From: Macrostomum hystrix | Lineage: Eukaryota > Animalia > Platyhelminthes | NCBI GenBank assembly: GCA_950097015.1 | Contig: CATNEN010000010.1 | Coordinates: forward strand, 806,001 to 870,000 | Direction: 5' to 3' | Length of the DNA: 64,000 bases | In this document: positions 49,366 to 61,876 of the stretch, piece by piece | Layout of the letters: every line of letters starts with the position of its first letter | Numbering within the stretch: position 1 is the first letter of the stretch | Notes under the pieces: generated by a model | Databases searched by the model: none | The model's input: the letters and a program-made list of their open reading frames with translations, nothing else | Told to the model about the DNA's origin: nothing | Translations under genes and position numbers: made by a program

Positions 49366-51363
49366 CAAGGGGTGTCCCAAAAGTAGTGGGAATTTTCAAT
49401 ATAGGTTGAAGTTGAATTTAGATACATGAAATTCCTCAATGTTTTATGAAAGCAGCTTTATGTATCCCTGCAAAACATTTTTAATTTTTCCTTCATTTTC
49501 TAACATTCAAAAGTTATAAGCAATTTAGTGCAGTTCCCAGGGTTCAACTTAGAGAATAGTTAGGACATTAGCAACAGCTCATTATCTAGGTTTTTTATAA
49601 AAACAATTTTGCTTTGTACTTTTTTGCACTGAGTTTACACAATGAAGGCTACATATATGGTAAAGTGTAGAGTATGTCTGGGCTGACAACAAAAATTATG
49701 CTTATGCAGAGCAATGAGCAATGAACAAAACAAAGCCAGGCAGTTTTTAGGCTTTTTATGCATACCAGCTCAGCCAGACATCTTGTCAACAATTGAAGCA
49801 TCTGAAGTTGTTGCAAAAATGTTGGGCATCTACTCAAAAGAGGGATATTAGCATGTAATTTCTACTCTGTGGAGCATGGAACAGAATGGGTTGCAGAAAA
49901 TATGGAACAGAATATGGAACAGCATGGAACAGAAAATATGCAATTGTAAGCATCCTGCAGCACATCTGAAGAAACTTATAATTAGCAAAAGCACAGATTT
50001 TACCAAATTCCAGTTGTTTTGGCCATATGCAGTTTCGGCTATAGCCACTTTGGCCAAAGTCCATTTCAGCCATAGCTGTTTTGGCCAAAAGCTGAATGAG
50101 CATAATAATGCTATATTATGCTACCTGCTACCGAAATGGCAGCCGATTCCACAGCAGTAAATACCTTCTTGGACTATGTAGCCGAACTCATCAGCAATAC
50201 TTGTAACGGCAAGTGAAATGCGCTCATTGGCAGTACTGAACTATTCACATTGGTGCAGAAAATTCACATTTTTACCATTCTTTGTGTACCAAGTCCTCTT
50301 CTTTTATTACTTTTGTACTGCGCAAATACTTCGAGCATGTATTTAAAATTATTTGTCATTGTAAAAGTCAAGTTCATGCTTTGCATCATTGCTATCAAAT
50401 AAAATTAACAACTCTTAAATTACTTAGAAATTAGCCATAAGAATATTGTGAGTTTAAATAAGTATGGGGCCAAACTTTTTTCTGGCCAAAATGGTTAGTG
50501 GCCAAAATTGTTTAAGGCTGAAATGGCTTTTGGCCAAAACACCTATGGCTGAAATGACCAGTTACCCTTTTACCAGTGGATTGAGGATTTTGAGGCTGTT
50601 GATTCAATGTGGTAGCATTGCCAAGATCTGGTTGGCCAAGGACACCTACATCCAAGACTCAAAGCAATCACATTTTGGACCTGTTAAAGACAATGTATGC
50701 CTTACCATCAGGGAAATTGTTGACCAACTAGATATGCTTAAGTCTAAGTCCACACTTCATCATTGCATCATTAGCATGGATTTAATAAAACTCATTGCCA
50801 GGTAGGTTCCTAAGCTTCTCACCCTGGAGATAGAAACAGAGTGACAAAAAATGTACAATATCAATGTTAGCTTGTTAATTGAAGCACAAGGTGGATGGGA
50901 GGCCTTTTGACAGCTCATTGTCACTGGTGATGAAACCTAGCTGTCTTACTTTGAACCCCAACAAAATAAAAATCAAAAGTCGAGGCAGTAAGGGGCTCTG
51001 ACCCTCAAATCAGGCTCATCAAAAGGTTCATTGCCAGAATTAATTTATTCACTGCAGACATGCTAAGAGAAGTACAGCAGCTGCAACGGCAACAATATGG
51101 AGAAGGTCGCCATCCTTGACAACAAGGACATTTGAGTTAAAATTAAGAAAACCTTCAAATGGATTATGCATGATATTGTCATATTTGTCTTCACAACTAC
51201 TTCTTAAAAGTTTATATAAGTTGCACTATGTGCAGCAGATAATAAAGATAAAAAAAATTATAATAATATAGCCACTTTACTTTAATAAAAAATGTAGGAT
51301 TTTGAAATCTAGCTTCAAGCTACATTGAATAGTATAGTCCCACTACTTTTGGGACACCCCTAG
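49366..51363 (+). mobile_element. Defective Tc1/mariner (mariner-type) DNA transposon
   Basis: 26-bp TIRs C(A/T)AGGGGTGTCCCAAAAGTAGTGGGA, TA TSD at both ends. Transposase remnants LTIREIVDQL..IAR*VPKLLT (WVP motif) and IVTGDET* (first catalytic Asp). Confidence 0.88.
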
Positions 51364-53651
51364 TAGCCTAAATCCATAAGCCAACTTTGTTGACAATTAG
51401 GCCTAATTATTTTTCTTCTTTTCTTTTCTTTTCAAAATATTTAGGACATAAAATGATGTTGTACTGCAGGCTTTATCAACTGAACTCTACAGTCAGCAGA
51501 TTTTGTCATATAAACAAAGATTGCTAAGCAATCCTAGCCAAGGCCAAGCCAAGTCAAGCCACATCAATCATGCTATGGCAATGACTCTTGGTCTTGGTTG
51601 CAGGGTTGACTTCACTAGGCTCTATTCGAGGTAGAAGCAAGCCAGTATCAGTAAGCCTAAAAATAGTATCAAACTGCTTTGACTAAAAAATAGATAGGGC
51701 TATTTAAATTATGTATTAGCTTTGCAAGCCTATTTTGTTTAGGCATATAGGCATATTGACAATACTGTTGCAACTATGTTCATAATGAGACACAATATGG
51801 TCGAAAATAACCACAAAGGCGATTAACGTGACACGCTACAATAGGCCTAGCACCTTCACATTTTAGGCCTTTACACTTTATTTTACAAGCACAAAGAAGC
51901 TAATACGGTAAAAAAAGTTCAAAACTGTGAAGTATTTCACAAAAATCACTTGTAACAGTGTCACTTGTTGTTTTACTTTTTCTTAATATTTTGTTCTTAC
52001 TATTAATATTAAGTAATATTATCTTAATATTTTTTCCGCGAAATCTAATCTTCGGCTCCCCGTGTGCTTCTCTATCGCGCTGCGTTGTTTTAAACTTTTG
52101 CGCGATTTCCTACAAATCATATCCGATTGATTTTCCAAACGATATCGCGATTTTCCGCGTGGGTTTTCCACAAGTTTTATTCTTTCTTCCGTATTGATTT
52201 CAAGGTTTATTCTTCATTCAGTATTTTAAGTTAGCTCGTGTTTATTTATTATGTTCTAGCTTAGCCTATTTTATTCTCGTGTTAATAACAGTTAACAGAG
52301 AGTCACAGACTAGTTAAATTACATTGTGTCGATGTATTGTCTTTTGTGCACTCAATGCATTCTTGTGAATGACTGTTATCCTTTCACAGTTGACCAACTA
52401 CATGTCCTTATCTTTGTGTCAACAATTATAAATAAACATTAAAAACTTGTGTGAACAGCTTATTTATTAGGCCTAGCTTTATATTTTTTTTACTGAATTT
52501 TCATAAATATTTTTAAATGAAAATATAGGTGGCAATCAAAAGTCAATAATTGTTGTCCATGATGGATGATGGGAATAAAAAACTTATATATAGCTAAGCT
52601 AAGCTAGCTAGCCTAATTTAGACAAAAATAGTACAAATATTATTATGTAGGGATATTGCTAGCCCTAGCTAATTAATGATCAAGTATGCCATAGGCCTAA
52701 GGCTAAATTCATCTAATTTATATAGCTACTTTTATCTATATTTGGCTTCTTGTTTTCATGGTCATTAGACAAATCTATAGATTTTTGCACAATTGTCTGT
52801 AATGTATAAACTGTGAGTAGGTTGCATAGGCCCCCATATATAGTTTGCGAGAAAAAGTATTTGATTCATTATTTACAATGATAGATTATATCTGCTTGTA
52901 TGCTTTTTAGTGTAGGCCTAAACATAGCCAATTGATTTTGTATTCTTTAGTATTTAAATAAATACAATAAATGTGTATAGCCAATATTTTAATATGCAAA
53001 AAGTTCCTATTTACAATAGAAACCCAGTTGCTTATTTTTCTTGAAAACTTCACAACTACTTGTTAAAAGTTTATATAAGTTGCACAATGTGCCCTGGGGA
53101 ACTGCACTAAATTGCTCAACTTTTGAATGCTGAGCTTTTGAATACAAACTTCCTAATTATTGTACTATCATTTATATAGATACAGATATAGAACAAATCC
53201 AATCATTTTCTGAATCTAGATAAAGAAAATTTGGAGATGCTTTTATTAAAAGCATCTTTTGACCCTTTGTATCATACAATCATTTGCACTTAATCTCAAA
53301 CATGCACTATTTTGTAAGATTTTAAAAGTGTACTGATTAAATTATTTATTTGAAAGTTAGAAAGTCTTGAAAACAAATTGATTATCCATATGAATACTCA
53401 AAAAATTGGCACTTTTCTGAATACTACCAAAAAATGGTTACATCTCCATATAGTAAGTCAGGGGTCGGAAACTCAGACCCGCAGGCAAGATGCCACCCTC
53501 AAAGCTCCAAAATCTGGCCTGTTGCCTTTCTTTTGACTGTCTTGCCTCTCCCATGCTTTATCTCTCTCCTGTCTTTTCTCTCGTATACCTTATCCCTCCC
53601 ATGTCTTATCTTTCCCCTGTCTTATCTTTCCTGTGCCTTATCCCTCCTATG

Positions 53652-56600
53652 CATACATGTGCAACCTCCCAAACTTAGCCGGCCGTGCGACTTAGTTTTT
53701 AAGCCTATATTGCTTAACATTAGATTGTTCTGATGTGATTTTGTATGTTTTTCAATTGTAAATGTACAAGAAAGTTTTAGTTGACAATTTCACAATTTTA
53801 CTTTCATATTTCTAGAAATGCTACTACCCCATTCCTCTTATATTTTCTTGCAGATCATTTTCAAGATTGTTTGTAACTAGTGAAATGAAGACATGGTTTA
53901 TGTATACTCAAAATGCAGAAAATTTGCCGAAGTCTGCAATACAGTGCCGCTTTTGCCTTCAGTATACAAAAAGCATTCCACGAGCAGTAAATCTTGCACA
54001 GCAATGAAAATCGAAATTTGCAACAGCAGAGGGTTACATTCCTAGTGATCATGAAAAAGATAGTGTACAAAGAAAACTTTAGGAGCATTCATCAAATGCA
54101 CTTCATTGCGAGGCTGTACAATGGATGAAAGATAAATACAACTCAATACTTGCGAGGCAAATTGAACAGTTAAATAATGCAGCATGATTGGCAAAAGCCA
54201 AAAGAGATGAAAGAGATGAGATAACAGCTCGTGTTTTGACAACTGTCTATGCGGAGGTTAAATCTAATGTTCCTTTCAGTGCACATAACCAGATGATCGA
54301 ACTGCAAAGTAAAAATGGCTTAGATATGGGTACTCATCATAGACACCAAAAAAGTGCCACTGCCATGGCTGCATCGATAAGCACAATGCACAACTCACTG
54401 GTAAAGTATATTCTAAGTCAAACATCAAAGAATCTTCCTATTGCTATAGTACTGGACACAACTTCTGATATACACTCGAATAGCTACTTAATAGTCTACT
54501 TTAGAATGCTTGAGAATAGCAAACATATCATGTATTTCTATCGGTTTAAGTGTTTAACCGAAGTAGAAACAGGACGAAGTTTATATGAAATGCTCATTAC
54601 GATGTTCTCTGCTGATAACCTGCACACAAACATTTCTGAAATGGGGTGTTACAACTGATGGCGCATCTGTTATGACAGGAAATCGAGCTGGAATGGTAAG
54701 CCTACTAAGGCCTTGGGCGAAAAACAATTTCTTCCGACATAATTGTGCAGCACATAAGTTGGAACTTGCAATATATCATGCCTTTGAGAGTTTTCCATAT
54801 ATGCAACACTTAGATTCAAGCATAAATGCACTGCATACATTTTATATGCGTCATTCAGTAAAACGCAAGGCATCTCTGGCTCAGACTTCTGAAGCAATGG
54901 AGCTTGTCTTGTATCAACTAAAGAGAATATATCGCATAAGATGGGTTGCATCTGAATTATCTGCTCTAGATGTTGTCCAAAAGTCATATTTTCTACTGCT
55001 AACAAATTTGGAAAACATCAATTCGCCATCCTCAGATTTTGATGAAGATACCAAATCAACTGCATCAGGATTGCTGAAGACACTACAGAATGTTCGTTAC
55101 TATTCTTTACACATCTTCATTACAGATGTCCTTAGGCAACTGGAGTTTCAATCATTACAGTTTCAAAGGGCCAGGGGTACATTCATTGGACTGCGTAAAC
55201 GCCACAGTGACCTAATTCTGTCCTTACGAAATTTAGAGACAAATGATGGTCCACGAATAACAGACTTCTTGAATAGCTGCAGATGCCGTAAAGTCGTTGG
55301 GCCTGGTGATGAGACAGAATTCCGTGCACGATGCAGCACAAGGGACCTATCTCAATCAAACTTTCTATGTCCTGGAGACTGTGATGAAACACAAATGTAT
55401 GAGCTTAAGCAACCATTAAGTGTACGCCGACAAGCCTGCAGAGATGCAACAGAGAGAGGCATTGCTGCACAATTTCCAGCACTAGATGATATTAGAAGCA
55501 CCATAATTGATAGCATTATTACACACCTAGAAAGTTATTTTCCTGAAGATGACTACTCGATATTTGATGTACTGAATCCAGAGTCATTGCCCACTGTAGA
55601 AACAATGCGAAATGTGTTTACTTACAGTTCGAGGATAATTCCACTTGCTAGACGCTTCGGCTTGCAAGATGAGGATCCAGATTCAGCAGAAGGCTCTCCC
55701 TCAGATTCGGATTCCACAGATGGTGAAACTGAAACCCGAAATTTGCAGAGGACAATTTCTGGACAGTTTCAGATACTCATTCAGAGCTTGCTTTCTCACA
55801 AAGTTGATTTCTGCACATATCGAAATGGTGGTCCCAAACAATTCTGGAGTCATTTTCTTCAAAAGAAAACCGTAGACTGGTTGCCGAGAATAAAGCTGAG
55901 ATTTCTCATTCAAATTGTTCTAACTGAGCGTGGATTTTCCATCTACAAGCATATTGCATATGACAGGAGGTCTCGTCTAACAGCAGAGACCTTAGAACAT
56001 CTATTGCGGATTCGTATAAATGGACCACCACTGAAAAGTTTTACAGCAGATGCATATGTAAATGACTAGCTCAAGACACACTGGGCATCAGATGCTCCAG
56101 GAGGTCGTCAGCAACAGAGCTCAGATGAAGATGATGATCCTGATGAAAAGTCTAACTTACAGAGTGGACTCTTCTAACTTTTATTGAATTATACAGAAAA
56201 GACAAGGCATAAAACTTACATAATGTCTCACGAATAAAATATATTAATTTTTAGCGGCCACCGCCACAGATATGCCTAACACCTTTCTGCGCATCGCACT
56301 TATTTTGTGGCCTACAGTCCAAAAAATGTAACTTTTGTTTTCACTCGACAGTTCATGAGCCACTTAGAAGCGGCTTAGTTCGTTTCATTGCTCTAATTAC
56401 GACTTAGTTTGCTATCATTTGCGACTTAGTTCGTTTCATTGCTCTATTTACGACTTAGTTTGCTCTCATTTGCGACTTAGTTTGCTCTCATTTGCGACTT
56501 AGTTTGCTCTCATTTGCGACTTAGTTTGCTCTCATTTACGAATACGACTTAGTTTAGTATATCTACTCTATTCTACTCTTTCTTTCTTTGTTTTATCACT

Positions 56601-56783
56601 TTCTTTCCCGTATTCTCTCTTTCTTTTTATTTTTCTCTCCCCTTTTTCCTCTTCTTCACGCCTTCCTTTTTTGTCCCTTGGTCCCCCCTTTGATTTTTTG
56701 CGCTTGGTCGATTGATTTTTGCGACTTACCTTGCTTGGCCCTCGTTTCAGCCAGCCGGGTCGGCCGTGTGTTGCGCATGTATG
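53652..56783 (+). mobile_element. hAT DNA transposon, family A (3132 bp)
   Basis: TIRs CATACATGTGCAAC / GTTGCGCATGTATG; 8-bp TSD CTCCTATG/CTCCCATG; subterminal 22-bp GCGACTTAG-containing repeats at 56370-56535. Confidence 0.9.
54188..56069 (+). pseudogene. hAT transposase (ZNF862/KIAA1586-like), disrupted
   Basis: VLDTTSD, TDGASVMTG, CAAHKLELA, RWVAS, TERGFS, RRSRL motifs. In-frame TGA at 54185 and a frameshift near 54640. Confidence 0.88.
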
Positions 56784-57104
56784 CTCCCATGTCTCATCTC
56801 TCCCATTTCTCATCTCGCCTATGTCTCATCTTCCCTGCATTCGTTTCTCTGTCTCATATATCTACAGTCAATGCAGCCCACTGTTGTCTTTAAGGTTCTC
56901 TTTGGCCCACTAGCTAATAAGTTTTCTGGCCCTTGCAGTAGGTAGCTTAGGTAGCTGTGTATCTAGAAACTCTTTTATATTGAAGTCTAGGTAAAAGCCA
57001 AGGATTAAGTAATTAAAGTTGAGGTTCTTCAATTCAGATCCCATATGCCATTTGTTACCCAAGTATTCTCTGAACCCGACACCTCCAGCCTCTCGATCTT
57101 ACTG

Positions 57105-57395
57105 ATGGCCAGCTCCTTGGAGTCCATGCTGAAGCAGCAGGTGTCCGTGATCACAGCAGATGGCCGGGTCATTGTCGGCACCCTGCGCGGTTTCGACAAT
57201 GCCGTCAATTTAATCCTGGAGGACTCCGTGGAGCGAGTGTTCTCGGCCAACAGCCCGGTGGAGGCTGTGCCTCTGGGTCTCTACATCATCCGCGGTGACA
57301 ATGTGAGCCTGGTCGGCGAACTGGACCCGGAAATCGAGCGCCGCATGGACCTGAGCCGCCTGCAGGCCGAGCCGCTGCGGCCTGTAGTCACGTGA
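57105..57395 (+). CDS. LSM8: U6 snRNA-associated Sm-like protein LSm8 (96 aa, intronless)
   Basis: MASSLESMLKQQVSVITADGRVIVGTLRGFD..NLIL..ERVFS..LGLYIIRGDNV..AEPL; true ATG at 57105. Confidence 0.96.
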   Translation: MASSLESMLKQQVSVITADGRVIVGTLRGFDNAVNLILEDSVERVFSANSPVEAVPLGLYIIRGDNVSLVGELDPEIERRMDLSRLQAEPLRPVVT

Positions 57396-58966
57396 ACTTG
57401 TGAATGGTTTCGGCCTTGCCTCCACCCCCTCCCCACAATAATGTTGAAAGCATTCTAGGCCGATGAATGTGCTGAAGTCTTAGTCTGCAGTGTGTTTTCC
57501 TGTTGAGTGCATGCGCACCCGTGTAACAAATATAGTTGTAAAGCCTCTCATCTCTTTTCTAATTTTTAAAACTGCAAGCAATGTTCAGTTATTTACTAAG
57601 AAATCATTTGTACTTAAAACTCACTCTTTTTCCTTCTCATTTTGCTGCAAAGCAAATTATAAAACTCTCATGATAAAAAGGCCCATTGGTGAAAACTTCG
57701 GACTTCAGAGATCCCGAGAGGGTGGTAGTTCGAGTCCCAGCCCAACGGAACCATTTATTGGTTGCTCAGAAAACAGCTGATCGAAGTTAACGCCATGCAT
57801 TTATTCAATTATAATTTTTTCGTATTGTACTTTTTGTATAGTTAAAAGTTATTAGATAAAATAATATAAATATTTATCTTCTTAAAATCTAGCTAAAAAG
57901 AAGATACTCTAGTTTTAGGGTGAAGTTACAAATAGTAGGTTTTTAAAACGACAGACTTATCTAATTGAAGTGCAGAAAATAAATTCTTAGGTGCACATTA
58001 CAGATGCTTGCGCGTGGCAAGTACGAGCTAATCACGTTTTTATACATGCCGTACTGGTGCACAATAAATTATTGCATTTAAACTGGACAACAATAAAGGT
58101 AATAAATCGGAAAGCTGTTTATTAGCTCCATAATCATAATAGTAGGCTATAGTAAACAGTGATATGAAGGCGACTAGAACTGTTCCGCCAACGAATGCCA
58201 CATCGAGAGGGAACGTAAATTACAGAATAGATGCGGGGAAATCTTGCTCAAGGAGATCTGCATGGTTTGCTGGATTTTTCGCACTGTATTCTATTGCTAC
58301 TCCATCAGTTGATGGAAAGGTAGACAAAACAATTGTTTAAGATTGCTAGGTAGGTGAACTCGATTGAAATATGTATAGATAATTAGAGCTGATCGAGAGA
58401 TCCCATGGTCTGCATAACATTCGCTTTCGAAGCCTGCTTGATGTGTAAAGGTTGTCTATTGATATGCGAAAAGTAAGCGCGGATTTTTCGAATAGGGAAA
58501 ACGATTACTCAGACTTGAAAATGAAACCGTCATCACCGATAATGAGTATACGAGTATGTACACTGGTGCCCGCAACCGCATGCGGTGAAGGAACACGACA
58601 TTTGAATTCACCAGTCTCTCATTGCATCCATTTCCTCTAATCCACTTTCACATTGCTGTTTCCGTCGATCTTTCACCGCTAATTGACGATGATTAGAATA
58701 ATAGATGGTGGACCGGGTCAATCCCCTAACTGCAATCAGAAACTGCAGCGACTCTTACACATTCAGCTTGCAGTATGGCAGATCTACATTTTTACTGCTT
58801 AGCTCGAAGATGAGCCTTCGCAGTCAAAACTTGATGTTGGGTCTGAGCAAGCTTCCTGCGAGAGTGCACTGACCCCTAGGCTGGTACCCACTCCAAACAG
58901 CTGACAGTTTTTGCACTTGTAAGTATTAAACAACGGCCTCTTGTGGCGATTCAGCTTCGCATTATA

Positions 58967-61434
58967 TTAATCGTCGCAGCAGTAGCTGTTCCGCGACTCC
59001 CGCCTGCCAGCACCGACGACTGGAAGCAGCGGAATCGGCTGCTCGCCCCTGTCATTTGAAGCCGACGTGCCCGCCGCTCCGCCGACACTTGTCAGCAGCG
59101 CCGTCGTCGACTGCTGTCCATGCCGGCCGCGGCTGCCGGCTGCGGAGCGGTACTGCATCTGCGTTCCGCCAGCGGTTGTCGTGTTCTCCTCGGCAGCGCG
59201 CCTGCCGCAGGTGATTACCTGGAGGAAGTGGCCCCGAAAGCGCTTGCTGATGATGCACAGCGTCACCGGATTGCTAGCGGAATACGCAGACGGCAGCAGC
59301 TGAGCGGGATGTGGGGGGGTGGCATTCGATTGCGTCCTGCTCTCAGCACACCAGGCTTCTAGGATCAGAGCTCGTCCTCGTACTTAATTAAATGCTTGTA
59401 CCTATGCTTCTAATTATCAACAAAGGGTCAACTTCAACTTTAATGTGTTTGATGAAGGGAGAAATCTGGAAAAGGAATTGAAAGATTCCAGCTGCAGTTG
59501 ATAATTTCGAAATCAATCAGGGTTAAAGTTGGTTTTGTTTTTTCTCAACAACAGTGGCTGAAATTGCATGTCTCTTTGACAAGACAGGCATCATATGCTA
59601 CTATTTACAGCAGTACAGAGTGGCGAAAAAATTATCTTGACTCACCTTTGCCACCATTTTGAAGCGGAGAAATGTTCCACTGACACGGTCGGCCATAAAA
59701 AAGTACAGCGTGGTGGCGTGGTCCGGGCCCCAGGCGATGAAGAAAACCAGGGCCAGACAGAGTACCAGCTTCGCCAGCTTTCGCCGGCCCTCGGCCTGGC
59801 TTGCTGTGGAGCTGTTGGCCTGTCCGTGCTGCCTGGCAGAGCGGAGCAGCCGGCCGGCCATGAGTCCGTAGAAGAGCACAGTGAGCAGGCCGGGCACAAC
59901 GTAGTAGGCCAGCAGCTTCAGGATGCGCATGCCGAGGCTGTAGCCGGCGCCCCACTCACGTGGAAACGGGAAGCAGCTGCGCACCGCCAGGCAGAGGCCA
60001 TTGGGCAGCGGGTGCAAATTCGTCTCATTGTGCGACCCGATGGCGTAGGGGACAGCGAGAGACGCTGAGGAATGTAATTTTGCGGGGCATTGCCATGGTA
60101 TTACGGAACATGTTGGAATGGTCATGTTTTATAGGCAAATTTTAACTGACCAGCACATTCATTCTCTGCCAGTGATTTCAAAGTTGCTCAATCTATTTCA
60201 ATCCACACAGGAAATTCGTCTCATACATTTTACTGTGTTTTATATTCAAGCAGTGGAGAATAATAGTAAAATTTATCTAGCTAGGCCTCTTAGGTCGTCG
60301 TGGATCTTAGAATGTGAGTCAGCAGGGTGTCGAATAATTTGGGATGTCGATTAGGTTACGACGTCGGATAATTCGGGAGATTGGACGTACAATTATAGGA
60401 TTTTGACATTGCATCGGTTGGAATTCTGACATGGTGTTGACTTCGAAGCGGAAGGGAAATGGGACAATAGAGCCGAAGGAATGATGAAGTAGCCTTTAGA
60501 GGCAGGCTGTTTGGTCGCTGCTGGCTGTTCACGAACCGTTCGTAGTCGCGATAAATTTCGTTCTGCATTTCCTGAAAGTCAATTTTATCACACTAAAGGG
60601 TAGCGATTTCTTTCAGAGTTAAATAAGGTTTGGTTAGCAGTTTCAGCGCGGCAGTCTGAATTTCGTGTCCTCGTGCAGCTGCGGCTTGTTGCCCAGCCGT
60701 CAGCTGTTGAACTATTTGAACCGCAGAGGTGCGATCTGCTGCTGATGAAGTGTCAGAAACCGGGATGCGCAGATTTACGAGTCTAATGACGTTTTTAGTG
60801 AAACCGTTCTTATTCGAATGAAATCGTCCAGACAAAGAACTATTCGGCGTCATAAAAAGCGTCATATAAATATCAAAAGCGTCAAATGTACTTCTAGTGA
60901 GTGTCTTTTTCGTTGGAGGCTGTTGCTGGTGGTCATAAATCATGGACAGTACTTCAGATGTTTCACGCTTGATATGTGTCGGAAAGTTTTCTTATCGAGC
61001 AATCCTACGACTTCGCTACGGTCGCCAAGCTCCTTTCCGAGTGTGGCATCCTTGAGATATTTCGGATTGTGATTCTTTTATTCAAGTGCTTGTCGTAGAA
61101 TGCTTGCTGAATATTTTTTACTCCTACTTATTTAAAATATACTAGTAGGTGCTCTTTGACAGAAGCTCTTGCGAGTGGCCACTCTTTGGAGTGGCAATTT
61201 TTGGTTCGGCTCTTTGCAAAGAGTCACATTGAAGCTGCTTCTCATGAGCATTGCTGCAGAAACATCCTGAGAAGCGCAAGGAGCAGCTTCGAGCTGCGAC
61301 AGTTGAGCACCCTAGACTGTGAGAATGAGCAGTACTCACTGGCCAGCAGCCAGATGGCGCCCAGGCCGAGTCGCGGCACCAGGTTCGGCCTCGATGATTT
61401 CAAAGTTGACATGGGACGAGTGATCGCCAGACAC
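58967..61434 (-). CDS. Class A neuropeptide GPCR, bombesin/endothelin/CCHamide-receptor-like; 3' exons only (end of TM3 to C-tail)
   Basis: Exons 61434-61340 (R-CLAITRPM..AIWLLA), 60064-59646 (SLAVP..SCFPFP..YYVVPG..QAEGRRKLAKLVL..FFIAWGPDH) and 59299-58967 (SASNPVTLCIISKRFR); phases 2/1/0 are consistent. TM1-TM3 not found in the window. Confidence 0.88.
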
Positions 61435-61559
61435 CTGCAATGATTGCGGGGATAAAAAACTGCCCTGGCGAAGAAAACAAAATACTGAATAATTAAAATT
61501 TTTACGTTTATTGATTACAAACGCAATCACAAGGTAAAAACATGTGGGAGGAGTTAATA

Positions 61560-61876
61560 ATGATTATTGTTAATAATAATAATAATAATAATTGATTACA
61601 CCTGACCCAATGGGGCCGGGTGTGCAGCCGACAGAACTGCAGCCGCTATTGCTCCGCGCATCTGAAGGCTGCGTACAGCGGTGTTCAGTTCATGGACAGG
61701 GAGGGACGCCACACCCACCCTCAATTATCCCAGCTTGAGTGTCTAAGAACTGAAGCAATGCAGAGTTAAGTGTCTTGCTAAAGGACACAAATTGTTCCAG
61801 TGGAGTCGAGATTCGAACCCCCGACCGGAGTCCACGAAGTCGTGAGTCTGACGCTCTTACCACAAGGCTACAACCT
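61560..61876 (-). mobile_element. tRNA-derived CORE-type SINE
   Basis: Minus strand: A-box TAGCCTTGTGG, B-box GGTTCGAATC, then TGTGTCCTTTAGCAAGACACTTAAC (CORE-like), a unique tail and an (ATT)n end. Confidence 0.8.

Larger units (their letters stand above)
53459..56935 (+). mobile_element. Older hAT MITE, family B, split by the family-A hAT (halves 53459-53651 and 56792-56935)
   Basis: Left end CAGGGGTCGGAAACTCAG; both halves align with the MITE at 63571-63801; degenerate 8-bp TSD TAGTAAGT/CAGTAGGT. Confidence 0.7.

Noticed and set aside
57045-57104. N-terminal extension of LSm8 in the ORF track
   Set aside because: Homology starts at Met 57105; the upstream part contains an acceptor-like CCTCCAG
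9730-61434. A bombesin-receptor-activated-protein-like gene and a bombesin-type receptor in one window
   Set aside because: 48 kb apart with unrelated genes in between; the link rests on a gene name and both family calls are motif-based; likely coincidence
61800-61876. Possible tRNA gene
   Set aside because: No acceptor-stem closure, and it continues into the SINE body
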